Shown here: piece after piece, positions 1 through 12,862 of the stretch
How the letters are laid out: the number at the start of each line of letters is the position of its first letter
Numbering within the stretch: position 1 is the first letter of the stretch
Assembly (NCBI GenBank): GCA_032251355.1
Contig: JAVVDV010000002.1
Location: forward strand, 66,253-130,252
Source: Wenzhouxiangellaceae bacterium
GTDB taxonomy: Bacteria; Pseudomonadota; Gammaproteobacteria; Xanthomonadales; Wenzhouxiangellaceae
Direction of reading: 5' to 3'
Length of the DNA: 64,000 bases
Translations under genes and position numbers: made by a program
Notes under the pieces: model-generated
Seen by the model: the letters and a program-made list of their open reading frames with translations, nothing else
The model's database searches: none
What the model was told of the DNA's origin: nothing

Positions 1-1
1 A

Positions 2-166
2 CGCGTGCTCCAGCAAATGCTCGCGCTGATCCCGCAAGACCGCCAGGATGCATTCGGCCAGTCGGACTTTGCGGCGCGACTGGACCTGCAACCCGGGCCG
101 GTCGATGCGCGCGTCCTGCGCGACAGACTGGCAGACCCGCCGAACCGGGCCCCGCCGGACCGCTGA
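2..166 (+). CDS. 3' end of an unidentified CDS entering from upstream of the window (last 54 codons)
   Basis: Frame 2 is open from the window edge to TGA at 164-166 (RVLQQMLALIPQDRQDAFGQSDFAARLDLQPGPVDARVLRDRLADPPNRAPPDR). Third positions are G/C-rich. Convergent with the kinase gene ending at 175. No family recognised. Confidence 0.3.
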   Translation, partial: RVLQQMLALIPQDRQDAFGQSDFAARLDLQPGPVDARVLRDRLADPPNRAPPDR

Positions 167-174
167 AGACTCGC

Positions 175-4068
<3,894 letters not shown>

Positions 4069-4194
4069 CACCACTGCCGTAACGACTTGACCAGACCGTG
4101 AGCATACCGTTATTCGATCCGGGCGCGGCACGGCGTGGCGTTGATGGCAGGGCGCTACACTGCCGCTCTTTCCGCTCCGAACGAGACCTTACCG

Positions 4195-5652
4195 ATGCGT
4201 TCAACATTGTCGCGCGCACTGTCTGCCCTGGCCCTGGTCGTGCTTGCCGCCGCCTTGCTGTATGTTTCGCCGTGGCGGTCGGATCGCGGCGACGACGATT
4301 TTCAGATCACCAGTGAGGCGGTCGATCGAGGCGATATCACGCGCGTGGTTTCGTCGGTGGGTTCGGTGCGCGCGCTCAATACGGTCGAGGTCGGCTCGCA
4401 GCTCTCCGGCCAGATCGAGGCGCTGTTCGTCGACTACAACAGCCCCGTCGCGATCGGCGATCTGCTCGCGCGCATCGATCCGCAGACCTTCGAGCGACGC
4501 GTGCAGGAGGCCGAGGCCAATCTCGCCGTCGCACGTGCCAATGTCGAAATCCAGGCCGCCTCGATCCAGCGCGCCGAGGCCAACCTGAAGGCCGCCGAGC
4601 GCGAATACCGGCGCCAGCAGTCACTGGTCGAACGCGGCAGCGTGTCGGCATCGGCGCTGGACAACGCCGAGGCCGCGTTCCAGTCGGCCCGTGCCGAGGT
4701 CGCCATTGCCAATGCCCAGTACCAGAACGCGCAAGCCACCGTGGCCCAGCGCGAGGCCGCACTGGACGCCGCACGGATCGATTTCGAGCGCACCGAGATC
4801 CGCTCGCCGATCGACGGTGTGGTGATCGATCGCGCCGTCGATGTCGGCCAGACCGTCGCGGCCAGCCTGCAGGCACCCATCCTGTTCACCATTGCCCAGG
4901 ATTTGACCGAGATCCAGATCGAGGCCAGCGTCGATGAGGCCGATATCGGCAGCGTCACCGAGGGTGCAGCCGCTTCGTTCACGGTCGACGCCTTCCCGGA
5001 GCGCGAATTCAGCGGCCAGGTCGCACAGGTGCGGCTGGCACCCAATGAGGCCGGCAACGTCGTGACCTACACCGTCGTGATCAGCGCGCGCAATCCCGGC
5101 CGCCGGCTGCTGCCGGGCATGACCGCGAGCATCGACATCGTCACCGGCACGCGGGCGAACGTACTGCGCGTGGCCAACGCCGCGGTGCGCTTCCGACCAC
5201 CGGAGGGCCTGCTGCCCGAAAGCGAGTCGCAAGAAGCCGCTGGCAACCGGCGCAATCCCGGCGAGCAGCTGCAGACCACCTTGACCGAGCTGGGCGTGGA
5301 TGCCGACACGCGCCAGCGCATCGCCGACGACATGCGCGAGGCCTTCGCATCGATCCGCGGCCTGTTTGCCTCGGGCGCCGACCGTGACCAGATTCGCGAG
5401 CGCATGCAGGCGATCAACCGCGAAGTGCTGGGCCGACATCTGGACGCCGATCAGCTGGCGGCCTGGAGTGAACTCCAACGTGCCCGCGCCGAAACCCGAC
5501 CGGCAACGCTGTATGTGGCCGACGGCAAGCGCATCGAGCCGCGCTCGGTCCGGCTCGGCATCTCCGATGATCGCTACACCGAGGTGGTCGAGGGCGCACT
5601 CGAGCCCGGCGAAACCGTGGTCACGCGCGTGCGGCGAGACGCGGCCGGATGA
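4195..5652 (+). CDS. HlyD/MacA-type periplasmic adaptor subunit of an ABC efflux pump
   Basis: Membrane anchor LSALALVVLAAALLYV. Long Ala/Gln-rich coiled-coil hairpin (EANLAVARANVEIQAASIQRAEANLKAAEREYRRQQSL). Beta-barrel motif IRSPIDGVVIDR. Stop overlaps the next ATG (ATGA at 5649-5652). Start taken at ATG 4195 instead of ORF-track 4135. Confidence 0.8.
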   Translation: MRSTLSRALSALALVVLAAALLYVSPWRSDRGDDDFQITSEAVDRGDITRVVSSVGSVRALNTVEVGSQLSGQIEALFVDYNSPVAIGDLLARIDPQTFERRVQEAEANLAVARANVEIQAASIQRAEANLKAAEREYRRQQSLVERGSVSASALDNAEAAFQSARAEVAIANAQYQNAQATVAQREAALDAARIDFERTEIRSPIDGVVIDRAVDVGQTVAASLQAPILFTIAQDLTEIQIEASVDEADIGSVTEGAAASFTVDAFPEREFSGQVAQVRLAPNEAGNVVTYTVVISARNPGRRLLPGMTASIDIVTGTRANVLRVANAAVRFRPPEGLLPESESQEAAGNRRNPGEQLQTTLTELGVDADTRQRIADDMREAFASIRGLFASGADRDQIRERMQAINREVLGRHLDADQLAAWSELQRARAETRPATLYVADGKRIEPRSVRLGISDDRYTEVVEGALEPGETVVTRVRRDAAG

Positions 5653-6389
5653 GTACTGCGGTCGACACAGCAGCCGGCCGTGCGCTGGTCCAGTGCCGGG
5701 CGCTGACGCGCGACTACCGCATGGGCGACAACCTGGTGCGCGCGCTGCGAGGCGTGACGCTGGATATCGAGGCCGGCGAATTCACCGCCATCATGGGCCC
5801 GTCCGGATCGGGCAAGTCGACCTTCATGAACCTGGTCGGCGCGCTGGACACGCCCACGGACGGGCACCTGACGATCGCCGGCCACAACATCGGCCGGCTC
5901 GACGGCGACCAGCTCGCCGCGCTGCGCAACGAAACCATCGGCTTTGTGTTCCAGCAATTCATGCTCCTGCCCCGGACCAGCGCGCTCGACAACGTCAAGC
6001 TGCCGTTGATGTACACGCGCATGGAAGCGGCCGAAAAGCAGGCGCGCGCGGTCGCCGCGCTCGAGCGCGTCGGCCTGGCCGAGCGCATGGACCACACCCC
6101 CAGCCAGCTGTCGGGTGGGCAGCAGCAGCGCGTCGCGATCGCGCGTGCGCTGGTCAACCAGCCGCGCATGATCCTGGCCGACGAGCCCACCGGCGCGCTG
6201 GACACGGTCACGGCCGAGGAAATCATGGCACTGTTCGGCCAGCTCAATGCCGAAGGGGTCACCATCGTACTGGTCACGCACGAGGAAGAAATCGCCGACC
6301 ACGCGCGCCGCGTCATCCGTTTTCGCGACGGTGTGGTGATCGAGGACCAGCGGCGCGAACCGGCAACAAGCACGAGCACCAGCCCATGA
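5649..6389 (+). CDS. ABC transporter ATP-binding protein (MacB/LolD-type ATPase, encoded separately from its permease)
   Basis: Walker A GPSGSGKST, signature LSGGQQQRVAIARAL, Walker B ILADEPTGALD, H-loop VLVTHE. Start and stop both overlap neighbouring genes. Confidence 0.92.
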   Translation: MSTAVDTAAGRALVQCRALTRDYRMGDNLVRALRGVTLDIEAGEFTAIMGPSGSGKSTFMNLVGALDTPTDGHLTIAGHNIGRLDGDQLAALRNETIGFVFQQFMLLPRTSALDNVKLPLMYTRMEAAEKQARAVAALERVGLAERMDHTPSQLSGGQQQRVAIARALVNQPRMILADEPTGALDTVTAEEIMALFGQLNAEGVTIVLVTHEEEIADHARRVIRFRDGVVIEDQRREPATSTSTSP

Positions 6390-7693
6390 ACCGTACACCG
6401 AACGCACTGATCCAGACCGCGCTCGTCGCCGACGGCGCGCTGACCGCGCGGCCCGGGCTGCACCTGTCGGCCAGTCTCGCGATCGCGATCAAGGCGATCC
6501 GGACCAACTCGGTCCGAAGTCTGCTCACCATGCTCGGAATCATCATCGGCATTGCCGCGGCGATCGTCTCGGTGTCGATCTCGCAGGGTGCCGGCCAGCA
6601 GCTGCAGGAACAGATCGAGAGCTTCGGCACACATGTGTTGCAGGTGCGTTCGGGTTCGAGTTTCTTCGGCGGTCGCAGAGGCGGGGCCGAGAGCGCGCGG
6701 CCGATGACCGATCGCGACGTCGAAGCCATTGCGGGCTTGAGCGACTGGATCGAGGCGGCCTCGGGCCGCGTGCAAACCGGTGCCACGCTGGTCGCCGGCG
6801 GCAACAACTGGCCCAGCCAGGTGCTGGGCGTGGACGTGGACTTCGCCCGCATCGAGGACCGCGAAATCATCGAAGGACGCGATTTCACGGCCGCCGATAT
6901 CCGCAGCAGCGACAAGGTCGCCATCATCGGCCAGACCGTTGCGCGCGAGCTGTTCGACGGCAGCGACCCGGTCGGCCAGCGCATCCGCATCGGCCGCACG
7001 CCGGTCACCGTGATCGGCGTACTGGAAGAGAAAGGCGCTTCGAGCTGGGGCCAGGACCAGGATGACATCGTCTGGATGCCGCTGACCACGGTGCGCTCGC
7101 GCATCGCCGGGCAATCGGCCGACAGCGTACCGGACGACGCCGGCCGCATCTATCTGAAAGTCTGGGACGATCGCGATGTACTTGAAGCGCAAAGCGAAGT
7201 CGAAAACCTGCTGCGCGTCCGCCGCAACCTGCAACCCGGCGCCGAGGACGACTTCCGCGTGATCAACTTCGCCGAGTTCATCCGCGCGCGCAACGAGACC
7301 GAAAGCCTGCTCGGCTTTCTGCTGGCGGCGTTCTCGGCCACCTCACTGGTGGTCGGCGGCATCGGCATCATGAACATCATGCTGGTCTCGGTGACCGAGC
7401 GCACACGCGAAATCGGCCTCCGACGCGCGGTCGGCGCGCGCTCGCGCGACGTGCTGACGCAGTTTCTGGTCGAGGCCACCGTGCTCGGGCTGCTCGGCGG
7501 CCTGGTCGGCATGCTGGCCGGCATCGGTGCGACCCACCTGGCCGCCAGCCTCGGCAGCTTCCCGGTGCTGATCAGCCCGTGGACGCTGGGCGGGGCGGTG
7601 TTCGTCGCCGTGTTCATCGCCATCTTCTTCGGCTATTACCCGGCCCGGCGCGCCTCGAAACTCGACCCGATCGAGGCGCTGAGGTTCGAGTAA
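6386..7693 (+). CDS. ABC transporter permease, FtsX/MacB-type (periplasmic domain plus 4 TM)
   Basis: Real start is ATG 6386 (MNRTPNAL), overlapping the ATPase stop; the ORF-track 5300 start is an in-frame artefact. N-terminal TM SVRSLLTMLGIIIGIAAAI, large periplasmic domain, C-terminal FtsX region IGIMNIMLVSVTERTREIGLRRAVGA and PARRASKLDPIEALRFE. Confidence 0.9.
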   Translation: MNRTPNALIQTALVADGALTARPGLHLSASLAIAIKAIRTNSVRSLLTMLGIIIGIAAAIVSVSISQGAGQQLQEQIESFGTHVLQVRSGSSFFGGRRGGAESARPMTDRDVEAIAGLSDWIEAASGRVQTGATLVAGGNNWPSQVLGVDVDFARIEDREIIEGRDFTAADIRSSDKVAIIGQTVARELFDGSDPVGQRIRIGRTPVTVIGVLEEKGASSWGQDQDDIVWMPLTTVRSRIAGQSADSVPDDAGRIYLKVWDDRDVLEAQSEVENLLRVRRNLQPGAEDDFRVINFAEFIRARNETESLLGFLLAAFSATSLVVGGIGIMNIMLVSVTERTREIGLRRAVGARSRDVLTQFLVEATVLGLLGGLVGMLAGIGATHLAASLGSFPVLISPWTLGGAVFVAVFIAIFFGYYPARRASKLDPIEALRFE

Positions 7694-7722
7694 GTGCCGC
7701 GTAAATCTTCGGCACCCAGCGC

Positions 7723-8934
7723 TCAAGCGTTGCGATCAATACCGGTCAGATCCGCCAGGTGAGCCGCCAGCGCGCGCGCTGCACGCTCGTTCGGCACCCA
7801 GTCGGCGATCGTGACCTTGGCCGATTCACCCCAGCGCTCGAGACGGATCCGGAAATAGAGCGTCTGGCCGATGCTGCCCGAGCGCGTGATATCGATCGCC
7901 CTGATCGCGCGAGTCTCGACCTCGTGCCAACCACCGAACACACCGTGACGCCAGCGCAATCGGCCGCCGCCGATGACGATCTCGCTGCTTGACAACAGCA
8001 TCGTCAGGCCGGCCCAGCCGATCAGCACGCCGACCAGACCGAACACCCCACCGAACAACCACAGCCCTTGCCCGAGCAGCAGAAAACCGCCGCTGCCGGC
8101 GAACACCAGCGCGAACACCAGCGTTCCCAGGCCCGCACCGACCAGACGTAGACGGGGAAAGAAAAAGCGCCGACCGGCCGTCACGTATCCATGTTGCACG
8201 CCGGTTTCGTTCCAGTCATCGGCCGCGAAGGGCCGATCGGCAGCACTGCCCGTTCTATCCGCATCCTGAGGGCCGACGTCGAACACCGGCAGTTCGAACA
8301 GCGCCCGGTAATCGACCCCGGGCTCTTCGCTGCCGACTTCCAGGCGCCAGATGATTCGGTCACGCGCATCCGGTTCGCCCGCCGGCGGTCGGTCGTCTGG
8401 CAACCGCATCTCGATGCGCGCCGAGGTCTGCCCGGGTGCGCTGCCGCCACGCAGCCCGATTCTGGCCTGGTCGGCCCACAGCACGCGTTCGGTGGTGTTG
8501 CGGTTCGTGCCGCTGCGGCTGCGGTCGCGATGGACGCAGCTCACCTGCACCGACAATGCCCGCCCCTGCAACCGTACGGGAACCTGCAACGTGGCCGCCA
8601 GGCGCCCGCCCAGGGGCACCGGCAAGGCATCCAGCAGCAGCACGCTCTCGCCATAGCGACGCCGGCGAATCACCTCGCGCGCGGCCCAGACGATCAGCCC
8701 AATGCCGATCAGCGGAAACACTACAGCGATCAGGATTTCCGGCCTGCCGGCGGCAAATTCAGCCGGAATCACGAACCACAGCGGCGCGCTGGCCAGGTTC
8801 CAGACCAGCACGAACACAATCGCCACCCCCATCGCCGAGCGTCCCTCGCAGCTCAGCCGTGTCGACTGCCAGCGCTTGTGCTGAAGCCACGGGCGCTGTG
8901 ATGACTCGGTCGATCCGGTTTTGTGGGCGCGCAT
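7723..8934 (-). CDS. Hypothetical integral membrane protein (two TM clusters flanking a soluble middle domain)
   Basis: ORF 7723..9111; candidate starts are ATG 8934 or ATG 8832 (MGVAIVFVLVWNL). TM segments ILIAVVFPLIGIGLIVWAA and LGTLVFALVFAGSGGFLLLGQGLWLFGGVFGLVGVLIGWAGL. No family recognised. Divergent from the VWA gene. Confidence 0.55.
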   Translation of the reverse strand: MRAHKTGSTESSQRPWLQHKRWQSTRLSCEGRSAMGVAIVFVLVWNLASAPLWFVIPAEFAAGRPEILIAVVFPLIGIGLIVWAAREVIRRRRYGESVLLLDALPVPLGGRLAATLQVPVRLQGRALSVQVSCVHRDRSRSGTNRNTTERVLWADQARIGLRGGSAPGQTSARIEMRLPDDRPPAGEPDARDRIIWRLEVGSEEPGVDYRALFELPVFDVGPQDADRTGSAADRPFAADDWNETGVQHGYVTAGRRFFFPRLRLVGAGLGTLVFALVFAGSGGFLLLGQGLWLFGGVFGLVGVLIGWAGLTMLLSSSEIVIGGGRLRWRHGVFGGWHEVETRAIRAIDITRSGSIGQTLYFRIRLERWGESAKVTIADWVPNERAARALAAHLADLTGIDRNA

Positions 8935-9099
8935 GCTGTGTCGTTCCGCGAGACCTGGCCCAAGCATAGCCGGTGACCGCCGGCCCGTAGCCCAACCGAT
9001 CGATCGACGAAACCCGTAACCCCATTTGCGCCACGCCGACGTTGTTTGGATTGAGCAGCGGCATTTCGCCGTCTGGCCACGCTGGAAGGAGCATCGACC

Positions 9100-10857
9100 A
9101 TGAAACGCCATCTGCCTGTCTTTTCACCCACGCTGGCCGCATTCGGCCTGACCCTGGTGCTGGCCGCCTGCATGTCGCAGCCAGCTGATGATGCCGCCAT
9201 CGCCGAGCCGATCCAGGCCAGCGATGACACTTCAACACAGAACCCGCCGCCCAGTCAGCAGCCTCTGCCGACACCGGCGGTCCATCCGCGTGCCGAAGTC
9301 ATATCCACGCTGGCCGGTCGGACACGGCCATCGGCTTCGTTTGCAGCCGACAACCGGATCGGCTTGATCGCGCCAAACCGCCCGGTCGAGCGCGAGAACT
9401 ACGCCAACTTCGACGACAACCCGGTCCGGCGCGTCGTCGAGCATCCGGTGTCAACGTTCTCGATCGATGTCGATACCGGCAGTTACGCCAACGTGCGCCG
9501 CATCTTGCGCGAAGGTCGGCTGCCGCCAGCCGATGCGGTGCGGGTCGAGGAACTGATCAACTATTTTTCCTACGACTACCCGGCGCCCGATTCGCCCGAG
9601 ACGCCGTTCAGCCTGAGCATCGAGCAGGCGATCACGCCATGGAATCCGAACACCCGGCTGCTGCAGATCGGTATCCAGGGTTATCGACCCGATCCGGCAT
9701 CGATTCCGGCAGCCAACCTGGTGTTCCTGGTCGATGTCTCGGGCTCGATGAACTCACCCGACAAGCTGCCGCTGCTGGTCAATTCGCTGAAGATGCTGAC
9801 GCGCGAGCTGGATGGCGATGACCGCGTCGCGATCGTGGTCTATGCCGGTGCCAGCGGCGTGGTGCTCGAATCCACGCCCGGCGATCAGCACGCGAAGATC
9901 ATCAGCGCGCTCGACCAGCTCTCGGCCGGTGGCCCGACCCACGGCGCGGCCGGCATCGAGCTTGCCTATCTGCAGGCCGAGCAGGGCTTTATCGACGGCA
10001 GGGTCAACCGCGTGATCCTGGCCACCGACGGCGATTTCAATGTCGGCATGGTCGACTTCGAGGCACTCAAAACCCTGATCGAACGCAAGCGCAAATCCAG
10101 TATTGCCCTGACCACGCTGGGCTTCGGTGCCGGCAACTACAACGATCGGCTGATGGAACAGCTGGCCGATGCCGGCAACGGCAACCACGCCTACATCGAC
10201 ACGCTCAACGAGGCGCGCAAGGTGCTGGTCGATGAACTCAGCGCAACCCTGTTGACGATCGCGCAGGACGTCAAGATCCAGCTCGAATTCAACCCGGCCG
10301 TGGTCACCGAATACCGGCTGATAGGCTACGAGAATCGTATCCTGAAGCGCGAGGATTTCAACAACGATGCCGTCGATGCCGGTGATATCGGCGCCGGCCA
10401 CACGGTCACGGCGCTGTACGAGATCGCGCTGGCCGGTTCGGGTGGCGAGCGGATCGAGCCGTTGCGCTACCGGGACGAACCGCGTGCGGCAACCATCGAA
10501 CCCGCAGCGCGCGAAATCGGGTTCGTGAAACTGCGCTACAAGCAGCCGGGCGAGCCGCAAAGCCGACAGGTCGAGCAGGCCATCGAGCCGGGCGCAAATC
10601 AACCGATCTCCGATCGCCTGGCGTTTGCCGCGTCGGTCGCCGCATTCGGCCAGCATCTGCGCGGCGGCAGCTACCTGGAAGGCTTCGACCTCGAGCAGAT
10701 TCATGCTTTGGCCAGTCGGTCGAAAGGCGCCGACCCGTTCGGTTACCGCGGTGAATTCCTGCAACTTATCCGGCTGGCCGAGGGCTTTGGGCTTGCTCGC
10801 GCATCCGACTCCGCAGAGAAGCCCGCAATGGTAGACATCGGCTTCGGCCGGCAGTAG
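9100..10857 (+). CDS. von Willebrand factor type A (VWA) domain lipoprotein, YfbK-like
   Basis: GGAAGGAG Shine-Dalgarno 9 nt upstream of ATG 9100. Lipobox LVLAAC. VWA core with MIDAS NLVFLVDVSGSM..ILATDGDFNVG. Long conserved C-terminal extension as in YfbK-type proteins. Confidence 0.85.
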   Translation: MKRHLPVFSPTLAAFGLTLVLAACMSQPADDAAIAEPIQASDDTSTQNPPPSQQPLPTPAVHPRAEVISTLAGRTRPSASFAADNRIGLIAPNRPVERENYANFDDNPVRRVVEHPVSTFSIDVDTGSYANVRRILREGRLPPADAVRVEELINYFSYDYPAPDSPETPFSLSIEQAITPWNPNTRLLQIGIQGYRPDPASIPAANLVFLVDVSGSMNSPDKLPLLVNSLKMLTRELDGDDRVAIVVYAGASGVVLESTPGDQHAKIISALDQLSAGGPTHGAAGIELAYLQAEQGFIDGRVNRVILATDGDFNVGMVDFEALKTLIERKRKSSIALTTLGFGAGNYNDRLMEQLADAGNGNHAYIDTLNEARKVLVDELSATLLTIAQDVKIQLEFNPAVVTEYRLIGYENRILKREDFNNDAVDAGDIGAGHTVTALYEIALAGSGGERIEPLRYRDEPRAATIEPAAREIGFVKLRYKQPGEPQSRQVEQAIEPGANQPISDRLAFAASVAAFGQHLRGGSYLEGFDLEQIHALASRSKGADPFGYRGEFLQLIRLAEGFGLARASDSAEKPAMVDIGFGRQ

Positions 10858-10867
10858 GCTGCAATGC

Positions 10868-11434
10868 ATGACCGACGCGCGTACTGACGATGACCTGATG
10901 CTGGCCTTCGGCCGCGGCGATGATCAGGCCTTCGAGGTGTTGTACGCGCGTTGGCGAAAGCCGCTGTATCGCTACCTCTACCATGCCGTCGGCGAGCGCG
11001 TGCTGGCCGATGACCTGTACCAGGACGTGTGGTCGCGCATCATCGATGCGCGCACGAAATTCCGGCGCGGCAACGGCTTCAAGCACTGGGCGTTCCGGAT
11101 CGCGCACAACCGGCTGATCGATCACTGGCGTGTGCTGGGCCGACAACCCGGGTCCGACGTCGATGCACTGGACAGGCAAATCGACGACGAGCAGCGGGCG
11201 CCGGACCGCCAACTGGAAGCGACCCAGAGCACCGAGCGCCTGCGCGCGGCGCTGCTGCAACTGCCGCCCGAGCAACGCGAAGCCTTTCTGTTGCAAAAGG
11301 AAGCCGGACTGTCACTGTCGGAAATCGCCGAACACGCGGAAGTCGGCCGTGAAACCGTCAAGAGTCGGCTGCGCTACGCCGTCGCACGACTCAGAAACCT
11401 GCTCCAGCCCGGACCGGAGGCCGCCGGCAAATGA
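10868..11434 (+). CDS. ECF-type RNA polymerase sigma factor (sigma-70 family)
   Basis: Region 2 (LYQDVWSRII, FKHWAFRIAHNRLIDHWR) and region 4 HTH (QREAFLLQKEAGLSLSEIAEHAEVGRETVKSRLRYA). Begins 10 nt after the VWA stop. Confidence 0.9.
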   Translation: MTDARTDDDLMLAFGRGDDQAFEVLYARWRKPLYRYLYHAVGERVLADDLYQDVWSRIIDARTKFRRGNGFKHWAFRIAHNRLIDHWRVLGRQPGSDVDALDRQIDDEQRAPDRQLEATQSTERLRAALLQLPPEQREAFLLQKEAGLSLSEIAEHAEVGRETVKSRLRYAVARLRNLLQPGPEAAGK

Positions 11435-12099
11435 ACCGCAACGCCACCGACAAGCCGAACCCGGAACTCGACGCACTCTACTGCGAGGTCGGCGATGTCG
11501 AGCCCGCGCCGAGCAGCGACCGGATCATCCGCGCGCGCGCCGCGCAGGCCGCTGCAGACGCTCGCCCTGGCAAGGGCGCCTGGCTGGGCGGCCTGGCCAC
11601 GGCCTCGGTCGCAATTGCGGTGATGGCGGTCGTGCTGCAACAAGCGCCGGTTCCGGAATCGGCCGGCATCCGCGCGCCGGACCGGCAAGCACGACCGGCG
11701 GCTACGGCGACCGAAACCCTCAGCCGCACCGCACCGGCGACCACCGCCGCGGATGCTGCCGAATCCGAGGCTGGCGCCGGTTCAGTGCCCACCCGTGACA
11801 TCACGACAGACGTTGAGCGCTCCGCCCTTGCCGCCCCGACATCGCCGGAGCAGGGGCTGCTGCTCGGCGCGCGACTGCGCGAGGCCGACACGATCGAGTC
11901 GCAGCACAAGGTCGGTACTGACGAGGCATTGTTCGAGCAACTCCGGGCGCTGATCGAGGCCGGCCGGCTGGACGAGGCTCGCCGGCTGATCGATGAACAG
12001 GAATCCGCTGGCCCGGCGATCACTCTGCCCGAAGACATCGCATCGCGGTTGAGCCTGCCGCAAGCTGGCAGCTCGGAGACGAAACCGGGTACTCCGTGA
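11431..12099 (+). CDS. Putative single-pass anti-sigma factor-like protein
   Basis: ATGA overlap with the sigma gene. One TM (WLGGLATASVAIAVMAVVLQ) and a low-complexity Ala/Pro/Thr-rich periplasmic part. Assignment rests on position only. Confidence 0.45.
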   Translation: MNRNATDKPNPELDALYCEVGDVEPAPSSDRIIRARAAQAAADARPGKGAWLGGLATASVAIAVMAVVLQQAPVPESAGIRAPDRQARPAATATETLSRTAPATTAADAAESEAGAGSVPTRDITTDVERSALAAPTSPEQGLLLGARLREADTIESQHKVGTDEALFEQLRALIEAGRLDEARRLIDEQESAGPAITLPEDIASRLSLPQAGSSETKPGTP

Positions 12100-12223
12100 C
12101 CCCGTGGCGCGCATCCGCGGAAAGTCCCGGACTGCGACCCAACACAAGTTTAATTCCTGACTCAGCGTGACTTAAGCTGCACTCGGCTTCAATGCGAGAC
12201 GTCTTCCGGAAGGAAATCTCGCC

Positions 12224-12862
12224 ATGTACGTCGCCGCATTTGCCGAAGCCGAGCCCGTGCCGCAGCAGGCTCGCCGCCGGATCGATCCGAAGCGCAGCCC
12301 CTTCATTGCCGGATTCGGTAGTGCGTCCTGGCAGCGATCGGCCGCACTGGTCCGCCAGCAGTATCAATTAAAGTTCGATGCCCATATCGAGCCCGATTAC
12401 CCGCGCTATCTCGGCCTGCGAAACGCCGATCACGCCCCACTGGCGGTGATTGGTGTCCGCAGCAGCGCCGAGCAGACCCTGTTCTGTCAGCGCTATCTGC
12501 AGACCGACCTGTTCGAGCGGCTCGCAGCGTGCAGCGGCGTTGACGTCCAGCCGGGCCAGGTGGTCGAGCTTGGCAATCTGGCGCTGACCCGGCGGCGCCT
12601 GCTGCGACCCTTGTTCGGCCATGCGCATCGCTGGACCCGGATGCGCCCGTTCCGATGGCTCGTGTTCTGCGCGACCCGCGAGGTTCGCCTGGCGCTCGCC
12701 GGTACAGGGGCGCAGCTGATCGAACTGGGGCCTGCGCGCCCTGAAAGCATCGGCACTGATCTGCCGCAATGGGGCCGCTACTTCACTCATGATCCGATCG
12801 TGATGGCCGCGCGCACCGATCAGTCGGCCGTGGCGCGTGCACCGATCCATCGCGTCGGATGA
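12224..12862 (+). CDS. Thermostable-hemolysin (delta-VPH, T_hemolysin) family protein, probable acyltransferase-like enzyme
   Basis: About 210 aa. Collinear by recall with the Vibrio delta-VPH family (..QYQLKFDAHIEPDYPRYLGL.., ..VVELGNLA.., ..WLVFCATREVR..L...G..LIELG.A). First gene of a stop/start-overlapping operon. Confidence 0.6.
   Translation: MYVAAFAEAEPVPQQARRRIDPKRSPFIAGFGSASWQRSAALVRQQYQLKFDAHIEPDYPRYLGLRNADHAPLAVIGVRSSAEQTLFCQRYLQTDLFERLAACSGVDVQPGQVVELGNLALTRRRLLRPLFGHAHRWTRMRPFRWLVFCATREVRLALAGTGAQLIELGPARPESIGTDLPQWGRYFTHDPIVMAARTDQSAVARAPIHRVG

Noticed and set aside
5300-6385. N-terminal 360-aa extension of the permease ORF (ORF track 5300..7693)
   Set aside because: The extension runs out of frame over the macA 3' end and the whole ATPase gene and translates to Arg/Pro/Ala-rich nonsense. 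A proper start (ATG 6386, MNRTPNAL) overlaps the ATPase stop.
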